Part shown: positions 10,100-22,236 of the stretch, one piece after another
How positions within the stretch are numbered: the first letter of the stretch is position 1
Layout of the letters: every line of letters starts with the position of its first letter
Origin: an uncultured virus (IMG/VR IMGVR_UViG_3300036865_000084)
Lineage: Duplodnaviria; Heunggongvirae; Uroviricota; Caudoviricetes
Length of the DNA: 64,000 nucleotides
IMG/VR virus record: IMGVR_UViG_3300036865_000084
Direction: 5' to 3' (one strand)
Notes under the pieces: model-generated
The model's input: only the letters and a program-made list of their open reading frames with translations
The model's database searches: none
What the model was told of the DNA's origin: nothing
Made by a program: the position numbers and the translations under genes

Positions 10100-10477
10100 A
10101 TGGGCACAAAAAATAATCCCGGCACGTTCGACTGCTATGCGAACGCGGAGCCGGACGAGCCTATGTTCGTGCTTCTCGCACGCGATCCGGCGGCGCCGTA
10201 TCTGGTGCGGCGGTGGGCGGGACTTCGCCCTTCCGACAGAGCAAAGGTGATTGAGGCCATGGAGTGCGCCGACTCTATGGATGCGTGGCGCAAGGAGCAT
10301 CGGCCGCACAAGAAGCTCGATCTCGCGCTCGAGATCGCTCTCGCTCGCGACGTAGTCATTCAGGCTGCGCGCAGATGGCACGACACAGCAGGCGACGACG
10401 GGGCCAGCAACGAAGAGATGGAGCGAGATCTCGACACGGCGGTCGAGCTTCTTGATCTCCTGTTGGAGAAGTTGTGA
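10100..10477 (+). CDS. Conserved phage hypothetical protein
   Basis: FDCYANAEPDEPMFVLLARDPAAP motif. Confidence 0.65.
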   Translation: MGTKNNPGTFDCYANAEPDEPMFVLLARDPAAPYLVRRWAGLRPSDRAKVIEAMECADSMDAWRKEHRPHKKLDLALEIALARDVVIQAARRWHDTAGDDGASNEEMERDLDTAVELLDLLLEKL

Positions 10478-11124
10478 AGCGCGCCCTCATCGTCGACACC
10501 GAGACCACCGCGCTCACGCCGGAGACGGGCCGCTGCATCGAGATCGGGTGCATCTTGTACGATCTCGAGCACGCGGCCCCGATCGCGTCGTACGCGGGCC
10601 TCTTCCCGTCGGACGACAACCCGGCGATGGGGGTCAACGGCATCCGCCCCGAGCTCCTCAGGGAGACGTTCGGCGACTGGACTCTCCCTGTTGCATGGGC
10701 GAACAGCTCGGACGTGGTCCTCGCACACCGGGCGGAGTTCGATCGGCAGTGGGTGCCCGAAGAGATGCTCGCCCTGCCTTGGGTGTGCACGAAATTTCAC
10801 GTGCGCTGGCCCAGGGGCAAGTACGGCGATCACCTCGTGCATCTCGCGCTTGCGCACGGAGTGCCGCTCACGCACGCGCATCGGGCGCTCACCGACTGCG
10901 ACACGCTCGCGCGGCTCCTGACGCGCGTGGCGGAGTTCAGGGACATCTGCGAGATGATCAGACTGGCGATGCGCCCGCGCATGAAGGTGCGGGCGCTCGT
11001 CTCGTACGACAACCGCGAGCTCGCGAAGTCGGCGGGATTCGCGTGGGATGCGGATCGGAAGATCTGGTGGCGGGAAGTCTTCGAGGACGAGGAGTTCTCG
11101 TTCGAGGTGAAGAGGTTCGAGTGA
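10474..11124 (+). CDS. DEDDh 3'-5' exonuclease (DnaQ-like)
   Basis: VDTETT, AHRAEFD, AHRALTD. Confidence 0.85.
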   Translation: MKRALIVDTETTALTPETGRCIEIGCILYDLEHAAPIASYAGLFPSDDNPAMGVNGIRPELLRETFGDWTLPVAWANSSDVVLAHRAEFDRQWVPEEMLALPWVCTKFHVRWPRGKYGDHLVHLALAHGVPLTHAHRALTDCDTLARLLTRVAEFRDICEMIRLAMRPRMKVRALVSYDNRELAKSAGFAWDADRKIWWREVFEDEEFSFEVKRFE

Positions 11125-13055
11125 GCCGCCGCGAAGACGATCTCGAGCTCCTTCGCCGCGTGCTCGCTCTCGATTTGCGAGACAGCGAGCGCGAGGCGTT
11201 CGATAGCATGCTCGAAGCTCTCGAGGCGGAGGGGCTCGAGCGTCGTCACCAGCTCACCGAGAAGCAGCGCGCGTGGGTCGAGACACGCGCCGGCGATGCT
11301 GGCGACTATAAGAACCTCGTCTCGAGCGGGAAGGTCAAGAACGTGTGCACGGTGCCGACGGCGCCGGTGTTGCTCAACTTGCCGAAAAAGCCTCCGGGGC
11401 GAACATGAACAGGAACAACGCCGAAGACATCGTGAAGTCTCTGGAGATCAGCGGCGGGGAGCGCCGAAAGATGGCTGAGGAGATCGTTGCGGCGCAGAAC
11501 CTCACTACGCTCGAGGAGGCGAAGGAGTTCGCGACAGCCTGGATCGAAACGGCGGCGTTCCACGCGGCGAACGAGGAGTTCTACCGCACCGAGCGAGATC
11601 GACTTCTCGCAGAGAAAGAGGAGCGAGAGGCCGATGGACGAGCGCGCGATGAATGATCCCGTCCGCAACCCCGGCAACGCGCTCGAGGTGATGCGCGGCT
11701 TTCTGCGCGACATCCGCGTGGCGGTCGAGCGCGCAGAGGCGCAGCTCGCGGCACAAGACTCGCGCCCGGAGCCACCTCCTCCGGCGTCCACCCGCACGGA
11801 GCCCGCGGGGCGCGATGAGGGCTCCAACTCTTCCGAGCCGTCGCCGCTCGAGGCGGCGGTTCAAGCCGCGCGCGGCGTTGTGACAGGCGATTCGTTCGTG
11901 CCGCCGCCCCGCGCTACCGCGAACGCGACCAACATCCCGAACCCGCTCTCGAAGCTCGTCGACGACTTGCTCATCCAGGCCGGCGTCTGCGTCGATCTCG
12001 TCGATGTCGCAACGTGGGGAGAGACGAAATGGGACGTCGCCAGGGCGTGGCTCGATCAGGGGGCGAAGCCCGAGAACCGGCCGGCGTTCCTGCCAGAGAT
12101 CGAGGAAGCCATCGCCAAGATCGACTTACCTGACGCTCCTCAGGTGGCGCTCGCGCAGACTCGATCGGAGAACCTCCGCTCGGCGTTCGATGTCGCGCCA
12201 GAGCTCCCCGCGCACGTCGTGCCCGAGCTCGGGGAGCATCCGTCGGTGACGGAAGAGGAGAAGAGGAAGCGGCTCATTGCGTGCGCCTACGCCGAGAAGG
12301 TGCTCACCAACGAGACCTTGGACTTGAACGAGGCGTGGATCGAGCTCCAGTACAAGGCGCCAGCGGGGTGGTTCAAGAGCAAGGGGGCGGAGCCCGCGAA
12401 TCAGGAGCCCGCGAAGAAGCAAGTTGACCTTCTCGGCCTTCTTCGCGCGAACGTGTCCGCCTCTAAGAACGCGGGAGAGATCGCGGCCAAGGCGGCGAGT
12501 GCTCCGCCGCCGGAGAAGAAGAAGAGAGGGCGACCGCGCAAGGAAGAGACACCGGCACCGGCTCCACCGCCACCGGCGCAGGCGCAGATGGACTGGATCG
12601 AAGCCTCGGAGAGATGGAGTGGCTCCGCGGACTGATTGATATGGTCCCCAGAATTGATCCGCCGCCCTGCTACGACACGGAGCCGGAGCGAGGCAATGAC
12701 GGCAAGTGGGGGCGGCTCGTCAGAGAGCCGGAGGACAACAAGTACGGCGTTCTGAAGGTGCTGCTCCGGGCCGACGGGCTCTTCGTGGTGTTCGATCCGG
12801 GGCGCGAGTGTCCGGTGTTCACGGGGCCGCGGGCGGAAGAAGAAGCGAGAGCGTACGCGAAGGAGCACTGGCGTGAAGAATAGGGTGATTCGATGGCGCT
12901 GCGCCGCCGGCCACGAAGTGGAGCTCGTGCTCGGACCGGACACGGAACCTCCCCCCGGACGACTCGAAGAGATCCGGCATTCGTTTTCGCGCGGGTGCCC
13001 GCAACGCCTCAAAGGGGGCTCTATCTGCGGCCAGAAAGTGAGAGAGCATGGCTAA
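11121..13055 (+). other. Coupled hypothetical genes (11121-11408, 11405-11656, about 11634-12635, about 12614-12883, 12873-13055)
   Basis: Overlapping start/stop codons, GC3-rich codon use. Confidence 0.5.
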
Positions 13056-13899
13056 GAACAGCATCGACGCCTACGGCGCGAAGGGGAAGACAAACCTCCT
13101 GACCTTCGATCCCGACGACTTGGTCATCGTCGCGAAGGAGAAGGACGCGCTCTACGACGCCCGCGGCGTCGAAGCGGTCGAAGAGGAGTTCGTCCTCAAC
13201 ATCATGAAGTACGGCATCCTCCAGCCGATCGTGGTGCGGAAGAACGTCGAAACCGGCAAGACCGAAGTCGTCGCCGGTCGCCGGCGCGTCCTCGCGTGCC
13301 GCGAGGCCAACAAGCGCCTGAAGAAGCAGGGCGGAGAGCCGCATCAGGTACCGGCGACGATCAGGCGCGGCCCGGACGTGACGATGGCCGTGGCGATGGT
13401 CATCGAGAACGAGAACAGGAAGGCCGATTCCCTGCGTGGGCGCGCCGAGAAGATGCAGCGGCTCATCGACATGGGGAAGACCGAGGACGAGGTCGCCGTC
13501 ATCTGCGGCACCTCGAGAGCCACGGTGCGGAACTCGCTCGCGCTGCTCGAGGTGTCGGCCGTCGCGAGACGTGCCATCGAGACGGGGAAGGTGCCCGAGA
13601 GCGCCGGCTACAAGCTCGCGAAGATGACGCCCGAAGAGCAGAAGAGGGCCGTCGCCAAGATCGAGCGCGCGAATGGCGCCTCAGTGAAGTCGAACGGGCA
13701 CACGAACGGGGTGACCAAGCGTCGCAAGGGCGTCAAGGAAGCCCTCGGCGGCGGCCTCCGTGGCAAGCGCGAGATCCAGAAGATGCGCGAGAAGTTCAAG
13801 GGGGGCGAGGCCGACATGTTGAGCGAGGTGCATGACGCGGTCGTCAACGCTTTGAGCTGGGTGCTGGGGGAGGCGGAAGAGATTCCGATCAACGGATGA
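13048..13899 (+). CDS. ParB N-terminal domain protein
   Basis: GILQPIVVR, VVAGRRRVLAC, IENENR, then an HTH. Confidence 0.85.
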   Translation: MAKNSIDAYGAKGKTNLLTFDPDDLVIVAKEKDALYDARGVEAVEEEFVLNIMKYGILQPIVVRKNVETGKTEVVAGRRRVLACREANKRLKKQGGEPHQVPATIRRGPDVTMAVAMVIENENRKADSLRGRAEKMQRLIDMGKTEDEVAVICGTSRATVRNSLALLEVSAVARRAIETGKVPESAGYKLAKMTPEEQKRAVAKIERANGASVKSNGHTNGVTKRRKGVKEALGGGLRGKREIQKMREKFKGGEADMLSEVHDAVVNALSWVLGEAEEIPING

Positions 13900-16800
13900 G
13901 CGTCTTCGACGAGACGTGGACGAGCGAGGGCCGTCACGTCAGCAACGACGGGGGGCGCGTGATCGCGATGTCCATAGGCACCTCGATGGCGCTCTATCGT
14001 GCTCAGCTCGCGGCAGCGGCGCCCGACCTGTACCGCGCGCTGAAGCTTGTGGAGTTCGCGGGATGCAACACTAGCGACGTTCCATGCTGTCCGCTGTGCA
14101 TGGCTTGCAACAGCGAAACGCATACGGAAACTTGCGAGCTGAGAACGGCGCTCGCGAAAGCAGAGGGACGATGATGCTCACCAGGAAGTTCACCCTCGAC
14201 TCCGGCCGCGTCTTCTTAGTGACGGCGCCTCGGCTCTCCGATGCGGTTCGGCAGCTCCGTGCGAGCGACGACGGCAAGTTCTTTCAGACGAAGAAGATCG
14301 AGGGGCGCATCGTCAAGATCGAGATCGACGATGGGCACCGCGAGATCGTGCTCGTGGAGGGGCGCTACAAATGAAATGGATGCCTGTTATTATCCGGTGG
14401 CACTTCGACGATGGTGACTGGCACGGAAGCGTGCTTTCGCGGTCCGAGAACAACGTCAACTTCTGGACGTGGTTCGTAAAGCACAAGACGCTCAGCATCC
14501 TCGCCGAGGGTAAAGAGGAGAAGCCGGAGGAAGCCCTCAAGGCAGCGACCAACGCGTACGAGAAGCTCGCCGCTGCGTTTGGAGAGCGTCGTGAGTGACG
14601 TCCGCGCCGCCGCCGCCCGCCGCACCGAACCGTGGCCCGAGGACGCGCCTTGCTACGCGTGCGGCGAGCCTATCGGTCCGCCGATCGGGAAGCTGATCAC
14701 GTGGCGCCCGGTCTGCCCTCGGTGCGCCTGGGAGAACATCGTCGAGGCCTTGTCGGAGGACGAACCGTCATGAGCAACGCACGAGACGCCGCCGCCCGCC
14801 GCGCGCGGGAGCAGCTCATCGAGGAGACCGTCGCGTTCTGCGAGCGGATTGGCGTATCGATTGAGCGTGATGGCATCAATCCTGTGGATGTCGCAGTAGG
14901 TCGGCGCTCCGAAGTCCTCCTCGCCGAGCGCCGCGCCGCGCTGGCGGAGGTCGAGGCGATGCTGGATGCCGAGCACGAGCGAGCCCTCCAGCAAAGCGGC
15001 GGGCACGTGAGCGACGACGTGGTGATGACGTCGAGGCTCCTGACGAAGGTCCAGCACATGCTCGTGGAGCTGGGCGACGAGACGAAGGGCGGTGGGTGAT
15101 GGGTGAGCTGGGATGTGAGATCGCGTTGGCGGCCGCGCAGGTCAAGATCGCCGCCCTCGAATCCGCCCTCGCCGCCGCGCGGAGGGACCGTCAGGTGCTT
15201 CTTGACGCCGCGTCCTCCGCGATCCCGGAGGGCGAGCATCCGAAGGACCCGACCGCGGACAATTGGGCGTGGCAGATCCATGCGCTCGGAGAGGACCGGC
15301 GCGCCGCGTACAAGCAACGCGACGAGGCGCGGGCCGAGCTGGCGAAGAAGGGAGGCGGGCGGTGAGTCTCCGGGAACATCGGCCGCAACTTCCAGCGGCC
15401 CACTACGGCGGGGCGACGCGGTTCGAGCAACGCGCGTCCCAGGAATGGGGTCTGTCTCTTCTCGACGCGCGAGCCCTGCTCGTCGTCGTGAAGAACAACG
15501 GCATCACGTGCGCTCGGCTCGGCGACGAGCTTTGGGGCTGGCACACCGCCGGCAACTGCTCGTGTCCGTGGGCGCGCCCGGCGGGCGTCGTGATGAAGCG
15601 CCTCCGCGTCGCGGGGCTCGTCGAGCACGATCGGAGCGTCAAAGATCGCGTCTTCTACAGACCGTCTGGGAAGGTCGAGGCCCTCCTTCGGCGCGCACGG
15701 AGAGCGTCATGACCGACCCCACCGCCCGCATCCGCCAACTCGAGCAAGAGCGCGACGCCGCGGTGAGGGAGCGGGACGAGCTACAGGCGGCGCACGACCT
15801 GCGCGGGGGGTTGCTCGCCGGAGCGCACCAGGTGATCGCAGACCTGCAAGCGGAGCGCGACGAGGCCGTCGCGGCGTGCGCGGCTGCCACCGAGGTCGTG
15901 GTGCGGATCCGAGCGCTGTTCGATCGTGTGGCTGACAGCTACGAGAGAAGCGGCGCCATCATGCGAGTGCTCGACTCCACGCCGGTGGGGGCGATCGGTG
16001 TCGACACCCCACGCGCCGTCGCCCGCCTGCTCGAGGAGCGGCGGCTCCTGCGCGAGGTGATTCCTCACGCGCGGCAATTCCGAGAGAGCGCGATGCTCGC
16101 CAACGCGTGCGACTCGCTCTACGAGGAAGTGATCGGCCCGCTGGATACCGCGCTCGCCGAGCTCCGCCGGTTCGACGAGGGCGGAACGTGACGACGAAAC
16201 GAGGTGAAGGATGATCGAGTACGCGACCGAGGTGACCGTCGTGGTTCGCGCGACCTGCCCGAAGTGCAAGAAGAGCCTCGACGCCCGGAAGACAACGTCG
16301 TTGCCGATGTTCCGCGCCGGAGCCGCGAGGGAGCTTCGCGCTTCGCTGGAGCGGACTCTCGCGGAGCGGGGCTGGACAATCATCTGCGGGACGTGCCGCG
16401 ACTCGAGTGTGACCGACAAGGCGAGTTGCACGTGAAGTCGCTGCCCGCGATCAGTCCGAACGCGTGCGCGGTGCGCGAGCGGACCGCGGACGGCGTGTCG
16501 GTCGGGCGCTGCTATCACCACGTCGTCGACGGCAAGTGTCCGCGCCACGGCGACGTGACCGAGGTGCAGAAGCGCTATCGCGAGACGGGGCGGCTTACGG
16601 ACGAGCGGGACCTAAAGCCGAAGCTCGAGTGGCGCCGCGGACTCGCCGGGCACAGGAAGCGGCACGCCTACCGCGACGGGAAGGTGCTCTGCCATGCGCC
16701 GCCGAGCGCCGTCGACGAACCGTGCGAAGCGCCGCGCGTGGACGATCCAGGCACGTGCTCGCTGTGCTGGGCCTGCGCGCGCGGGGTCGAGAAAGGAACC

Positions 16801-17183
16801 GGATGACGCGCAACCGTGAGCTTGACTGCGAGGACCTTTTCGAGTGCGACCATGCACCGGAAGTGCCGATCAGCAAAGACGGCGAGATCGTCGAATGGCG
16901 CTGCCGCTGCGGGCGGCGCGTGCCGGCGCCCAAGCGGCGCGACAAGGACGGGAAGGGAGAGGGGTAGATGGCGATCACGTTCAAGGTCACGCTGAAATGC
17001 GACTTCGACGGCCTCGGTGGGTGCGCCAACGCCGTCGAATGCGACGCCAGTCTCCGCACGGGGCCGCAGGGCATCCCCATCCTCCGGATCGCGGCGCCCG
17101 ATCGCTGGGACCCCGAGCGGACGGAGTACGTCTACGGGCGCGAGTGGGTAGGCTGCCTCTGCCCGGAGCACAGCCAGCGATGA
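13896..17183 (+). other. Run of about 13 small coupled hypothetical genes, many Cys-rich
   Basis: Serial ATGA/GTGA overlaps (13896, 14171, 14371, 14770, 15362, 15709, 16432, 16803 and others). Confidence 0.55.
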
Positions 17184-18028
17184 CGCGTCCGCGCGACTAC
17201 GAGAACGACGCGCCGCTCGACGACGCGAGGACGGTGCTCGATCTCCTCGGAAAACGCCGAGGGGACAACACGACGCGCGAAATCAACCGCGTCTTTCGAC
17301 GCAGCGAGGAGCCCCCTTACGTCGAGGTGTGCTACTGCCACGACTTCTCGGATCCGACGATCTTGCGGTTCGAGATCACCGATCGCGTGGCCGACGAGCT
17401 GCTCGCGCAAGGGATGGTCGCCGGCAAGCCGGAATGCCGCGGACGCAGGACGTTTGTCAACAAGCCTGGCGACGAGAAGCTCCTCAAGTACCTCTGGGAC
17501 AACAAGCACGCGACGCCGTTCGAGATGGCCGGCGCCGTTTTTGAGATCCAGGCGCCGATCATCGTCTTCCGTGAGTGGCAGCGCCACCGAACGCAGAGCT
17601 ACAACGAGATGTCGGCGCGCTACACGCCGCTGCCGGACGTCAACTACATCCCGACGATCGAACGCCTCATGATCAACGCGGGCACGAGCAACAAGCAGGC
17701 GGGCGCCGTCAAGGACGCGGAGGCGTTGACCGCGGACATGGCGAAGTGCTTCCAAATCAACCTCCGCAACCGCTATGCGGACGCCGAGGAAGAGTACCAG
17801 CGCGCGTTGCGCACGGGCGTTCCCAAGGAGCTAGCGCGCCTCATCATCCCCGTCGCCTCCACGGGCTACTCGAAGATCTGGGACGAGATGGTGCGGCTTC
17901 AAGAACGTGTTCTCGAGCTCGAAGGGGGGCTCGTCTTGCCGGGATGGATGTGCGGCGCGTGCGGGGTCTTCAACGGGGAAGCGAAGGAGAAGCGGATGGA
18001 GTGCAGGGCGTGTGGAGGGAAGCGATGA
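17180..18028 (+). CDS. thyX: Chimeric protein with a partial ThyX (flavin-dependent thymidylate synthase) core and C-terminal Zn ribbon
   Basis: HATPFE...REWQRHRTQSYNEMSARY...KELARLIIP are present; the usual ThyX N- and C-terminal segments are not recognisable. Confidence 0.65.
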   Translation: MTRPRDYENDAPLDDARTVLDLLGKRRGDNTTREINRVFRRSEEPPYVEVCYCHDFSDPTILRFEITDRVADELLAQGMVAGKPECRGRRTFVNKPGDEKLLKYLWDNKHATPFEMAGAVFEIQAPIIVFREWQRHRTQSYNEMSARYTPLPDVNYIPTIERLMINAGTSNKQAGAVKDAEALTADMAKCFQINLRNRYADAEEEYQRALRTGVPKELARLIIPVASTGYSKIWDEMVRLQERVLELEGGLVLPGWMCGACGVFNGEAKEKRMECRACGGKR

Positions 18029-19245
18029 ACGTGCCGATTCATGAGATCATCGACGTCACGATCCTCTTTTTTGCGTCGTGGGCCGGTTTCAAGATCGGTC
18101 GTTACGAACGCAAAGAGGCAGCAAAGGTCGCCGTGCTGCCTGTGACTCCGTACCGATCTCCGGTTCCGCCGCCCAGCGAACCGTCCAAGCGGTTGTTGCC
18201 GCTGCCGCCGCAACGCGCGTGCCCTCGCTGTCGACGCGACGGAACGCGCGTTGATCGTGACGCCAAACACAACGAGGGGTGCCCCGACGATTTTCATCAG
18301 CACGCCGAATGCCCATCATGCAAAGCGTTCTGGCTCGAAGAAGCGGAGGAGACCTACGGGCCGCGCGGAGAGCTTGCTGCGGTGACGCCGCTGACGAGAA
18401 AGGATCGATCCGGATGACCGACTGGAACCCCCTCCTCCAGCTCGCGCGCGACGTCCTCTCGGGCAAGTCGCGCTCCTACGTCACCGACGCCCACAAGATG
18501 GCGCTGGCGCTCGAGACGCTCATCGTCGAGCACACGAGCTACTGCGTGAGCAGCAAGACGTATCTCGAGACGACGGAGAATCTCTCCGCCACGCAAGCGC
18601 GCTGCACCGAACTCCTCGAAGAGGCTCGTGTCGTGCGCGAGGAGAACAAGCGCCTCCGCGAGTCGCTCATCAAGCTCGCGACGGCCGAGCCGGGCCAAGC
18701 CCGAGCCTGCGGCTACGAGGTGAAACAGAACGAGTTCTGCAACTTGCCGGCGCCGCGGTTCTTCTACAAGTACGCGGACGGGCGGGTGGTGGACTTGTGC
18801 AGCTTGCACGCGCGGGAGATGAGGGGGAGTCAAGAGCGATGAGCTGGTGCCGCTTCGGTTGGGATGGCTCCGACCTCTACATCTTTGAGGACGTTCACGG
18901 TCACTTCGTCTGCATGGACTGTCTTCTCTTGCACGGCGACGACAACTTCGTCTGCGCGACCGCCCGCGAGATGTACAAGCACATCCTCGAGCACGAGAAG
19001 GCGGGGCATCACGTAATTCCGTCGCTGCTTGAGAAGGCGAGGGCGGCAACATGATCGAGCACAAGACCATGACCTACGAGCAGGTCGCATACAACCCCGC
19101 GCAAGACTGCACGACGACTCTGGAGGAAGGGCTAGATCGTCTCGGCCGGCAGGGATGGCTCTTGGTTGCGTCGTATCTCGCCCCCGTGCATCTACCGGTG
19201 GCGCAGCGGACGATCACGGTGTTCGTGTTTCGGTGCGTCCGATGA
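18025..19245 (+). other. Four coupled hypothetical genes (18025-18417, 18414-18842, 18839-19054, 19051-19245)
   Basis: ATGA overlaps. Confidence 0.55.
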
Positions 19246-19321
19246 TGCCAAGGATGACGGATGGCGGAGGCGGCGATTCGGGCGCTCGTGCGGGCGGAGA
19301 AGAAGCGGTAGACTCAGCCGC

Positions 19322-20809
19322 ATGAGCAGCGACATCCATGTGCACGTGCATGCCGGCCCCCAGGTCTCGACGTCGACGAAGACGACGCTCGCCGCCGAAG
19401 AGACACCGGAGTCCGCAGCTCTAGGACGCAAGATTGCGCGCGACGCTAGCGGCAGCGAGAAGGCGCTTCTCAGAATGCTTCAAGAAGCCGGCGCACGCGT
19501 ACTACGTGCGTACCCCGCGCCAAACTTCGGTCTGGCCCCTGATGATAGGCGTGACCTTCTGCAAGTTCATGTGCGGTTTCCAGACGGCACGATGGGATAT
19601 TTCGCGCCCGGCGGACCTCCGCGGCAGTGGAGCTATCGGTTCGTCGAGGGATCTAGGCCGGGCGATGAGAACTTGCCCGGAGTAGATCCGATCGACATCG
19701 GTCGCGTAACCGGTGCGCGCGAGGAGCACACGCCCGAGTGTCCGTGCGCTCACCGGCACGAGGGCGACAAGACGGTGAGGCCGTGTGCCGGCGAAGCTGG
19801 CGAAGCATCGCGCTACGACTTTGGTCCGAAGGATCCCGAGGTCCGTGCACAGTGGACGCGCGAGATTGAGGAGATGCTCCGTGCCGGCGGCTTCGTGAAC
19901 CCCGAGCAACACGCGAAGCGTCTCGTCGCGGAGGGGTACGGCCCCGAAGAGATCCGGTACCGAATCGCGACGGGGCAGATCCAGAACCAACTCGGCATTC
20001 AGATGATGAAGAAGGGCGACTTCGGAGCTCGAGAGACGGCGCCCGTCATCTACGAAGCTGCCGCTGGCGAAGACGTTCGCTGGGACAAGGCCCCCGACGG
20101 CAGCACCTTCGCGAAGGTCAACGGCATCTCCTATCGCGTGCGGCGCAAAGGCTCGCGATGGGAGCTCGTCAACCATACCGACGGAAAATCGCTCGGCACC
20201 TACTCGACGCAGAAGGATGCCAGGTGCGCGATCGTGAAGCCGAAGGCTGCCGAAGCCCCCCTCGTCGCCAACGCCGTCGGCGCCGCCACCGGGGCGCTCG
20301 TGGCGACGGCTCTGGCGGCGGAGGAGGATGCGCTCGGAGGCGACTGCATTCCGTGGGTCACCGTCGAAAGAAACGCCGAGAAGTACGAGGCGTGTGTCGC
20401 GCGCGGCAAGAAACTCGGCATGGTCGCTACGCCGAAAGCCGTCTACGAGATCATGGCGCCTTTCTACGACAAGACGGATCAGGAAGTTTTCTGCGTCCTC
20501 ATCGGCAACATCCGCGGAGAGCTGCGCGGCGTTGTTGAGGTGGCGCGAGGGCAGATCAGTCGCGTGTCTGTCGGTGTGCCCGAGATATTGCGCCCGGTGC
20601 TCATCATGCGCGGGGAATACATGATCTGTACACATAACCATCCAACAACGATCCCGAAGCCGTCGAAGGCTGATCTCGATTTGACGAAGGCCATCGCGGA
20701 AGCGGTGCGCCCGTACGCCTCAGAGATCACGTTCGCTGATCATGTAGTAATTGGCGGGAAGGGCAAATGGTACTCGATCCGCGAGCACCATCCTAAGTTG
20801 TTCGAGTGA
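19322..20809 (+). CDS. Multidomain protein with C-terminal RadC-like JAB domain
   Basis: QEVF...HNHPTTIPKPSKAD...DHVVIG. Confidence 0.8.
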   Translation: MSSDIHVHVHAGPQVSTSTKTTLAAEETPESAALGRKIARDASGSEKALLRMLQEAGARVLRAYPAPNFGLAPDDRRDLLQVHVRFPDGTMGYFAPGGPPRQWSYRFVEGSRPGDENLPGVDPIDIGRVTGAREEHTPECPCAHRHEGDKTVRPCAGEAGEASRYDFGPKDPEVRAQWTREIEEMLRAGGFVNPEQHAKRLVAEGYGPEEIRYRIATGQIQNQLGIQMMKKGDFGARETAPVIYEAAAGEDVRWDKAPDGSTFAKVNGISYRVRRKGSRWELVNHTDGKSLGTYSTQKDARCAIVKPKAAEAPLVANAVGAATGALVATALAAEEDALGGDCIPWVTVERNAEKYEACVARGKKLGMVATPKAVYEIMAPFYDKTDQEVFCVLIGNIRGELRGVVEVARGQISRVSVGVPEILRPVLIMRGEYMICTHNHPTTIPKPSKADLDLTKAIAEAVRPYASEITFADHVVIGGKGKWYSIREHHPKLFE

Positions 20810-21654
20810 TGGGACGCCTGAAGGTCATCAAGACGCTCGTCTGTCCGACGTGCGGGGCCACGTTTCAGAGGCATCCGAGCAATATGAAGCACACCAGATC
20901 TGCGCCGGTGTGCTCGCTGAAGTGTCGCGTCAGTGTGACCGCTGCCGCAAAGAAGCGCCGTGAGGCGCTTCCGTTGCCGCCCCCGGTTATGGGGGCGCGA
21001 TGGATTCCGCTCACCAAGGGAAAGTTCGCGCTCGTTGACGAAGATCTTTACGACGAACTCAGTCAATACAACTGGCACTACGGTAATGGTTACGCGGTCT
21101 GTGCGGCTCGTGGAGAGAAGCGGCGCGGCGGCGCGGCCATCAAGCTTCATCGCGTGGTAGTCGGTGCGCGCCGTGGAGACATCGTCGATCACATCAACTT
21201 CGACACGCTCGACTGCCGCCGCGTCAACCTTCGAAAGACGCGTTCTTGGCAAGCCAGCAACGCGCATCGCAGAAAACACGTCGGAGACGGATCGCGCAAC
21301 ATCCGATCGAAGTACAAGGGAGTGTGCCGGCCGGCAGACTACGCCAAGTGGATCGCGCTTATCACGATCGACGACAAAACCATTCGCTTGGGTACTTTCG
21401 CAACAGAAGAGGAGGCTGCGCGAGCTTACGACGACGCTGCGGCCAAGCATTTCGGCGAGTACGCGCATCTCAACTTTCCTCGCCAGCGTTGTCCCAGCTG
21501 TTCGCCGCTTCACAGCAGCGAGGCTGGCATCGCCGGGTTTTTCCGGCAACGGAGCATTCAAAAGAGCGTCTGCGCGGTTTGTGGCGGAACGCGTCGCGTT
21601 TCTGTCGAAGTTGCGGCTAGGTATCTTGCTGCGCTTCGCGACTTCGGCGGTTGA
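20809..21654 (+). CDS. HNH-AP2 homing-type endonuclease
   Basis: WIPLTKGKFALVDED, VDHINFDTLDCRRVNL, SKYKGV...LGTFATEEEAARAYD. Confidence 0.85.
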   Translation: MGRLKVIKTLVCPTCGATFQRHPSNMKHTRSAPVCSLKCRVSVTAAAKKRREALPLPPPVMGARWIPLTKGKFALVDEDLYDELSQYNWHYGNGYAVCAARGEKRRGGAAIKLHRVVVGARRGDIVDHINFDTLDCRRVNLRKTRSWQASNAHRRKHVGDGSRNIRSKYKGVCRPADYAKWIALITIDDKTIRLGTFATEEEAARAYDDAAAKHFGEYAHLNFPRQRCPSCSPLHSSEAGIAGFFRQRSIQKSVCAVCGGTRRVSVEVAARYLAALRDFGG

Positions 21655-21678
21655 CGCGGTCATGCGTGAGACTTATGC

Positions 21679-22227
21679 ATGTCGACTGCCATGGCCGACG
21701 AAAAATCCCCCGCCGTCATCGACCCCGCGAAGTTGCTCGAGGAGCTCGACAAGCTCCTCGGCGTCGATGAGCAAGGGGAGCTTACCCACATCCCGATCCC
21801 GGCTCTGCCGCGCGGGATGCGCTTCATGTGGGGTTGGCGCACGCGCCCGGGGGTCGTCAACGAAAACGGCAAGGACGTCATCAGGGAGTTCCCGACGATG
21901 TTCATTGTCGGCCAGCCGTGGCCCTTCGCCGACGGCATGACCATCATCGCGATGTTCAAGGACGACGACGAGGTGCGCGCTTACGCGCTCGGAAACCGCC
22001 CCGCCAACACGGGAGAGCGCCTGGCGCCGACGCGCTACTCGATCGACAAGCGTGGGCCGAACATCTTCTCGGAGTCGATGCCGATCGAGATCTTCAAAGC
22101 GGAGCTGGCGGCGGAGTACCAAGCGCTCGAGGAGGAGACGATGGAGCTCGAGGACTTCGAGGAGGAAGAGGAGACGCCGCCGCAGCCGAACGGCGAAGCC
22201 AAGACGCCGGCGCCCGCGACGAGCTAG
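21679..22227 (+). CDS. Hypothetical protein with acidic C-terminus
   Basis: Clean ORF with typical codon use. Confidence 0.65.
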   Translation: MSTAMADEKSPAVIDPAKLLEELDKLLGVDEQGELTHIPIPALPRGMRFMWGWRTRPGVVNENGKDVIREFPTMFIVGQPWPFADGMTIIAMFKDDDEVRAYALGNRPANTGERLAPTRYSIDKRGPNIFSESMPIEIFKAELAAEYQALEEETMELEDFEEEEETPPQPNGEAKTPAPATS

Positions 22228-22236
22228 GATTGCCGA

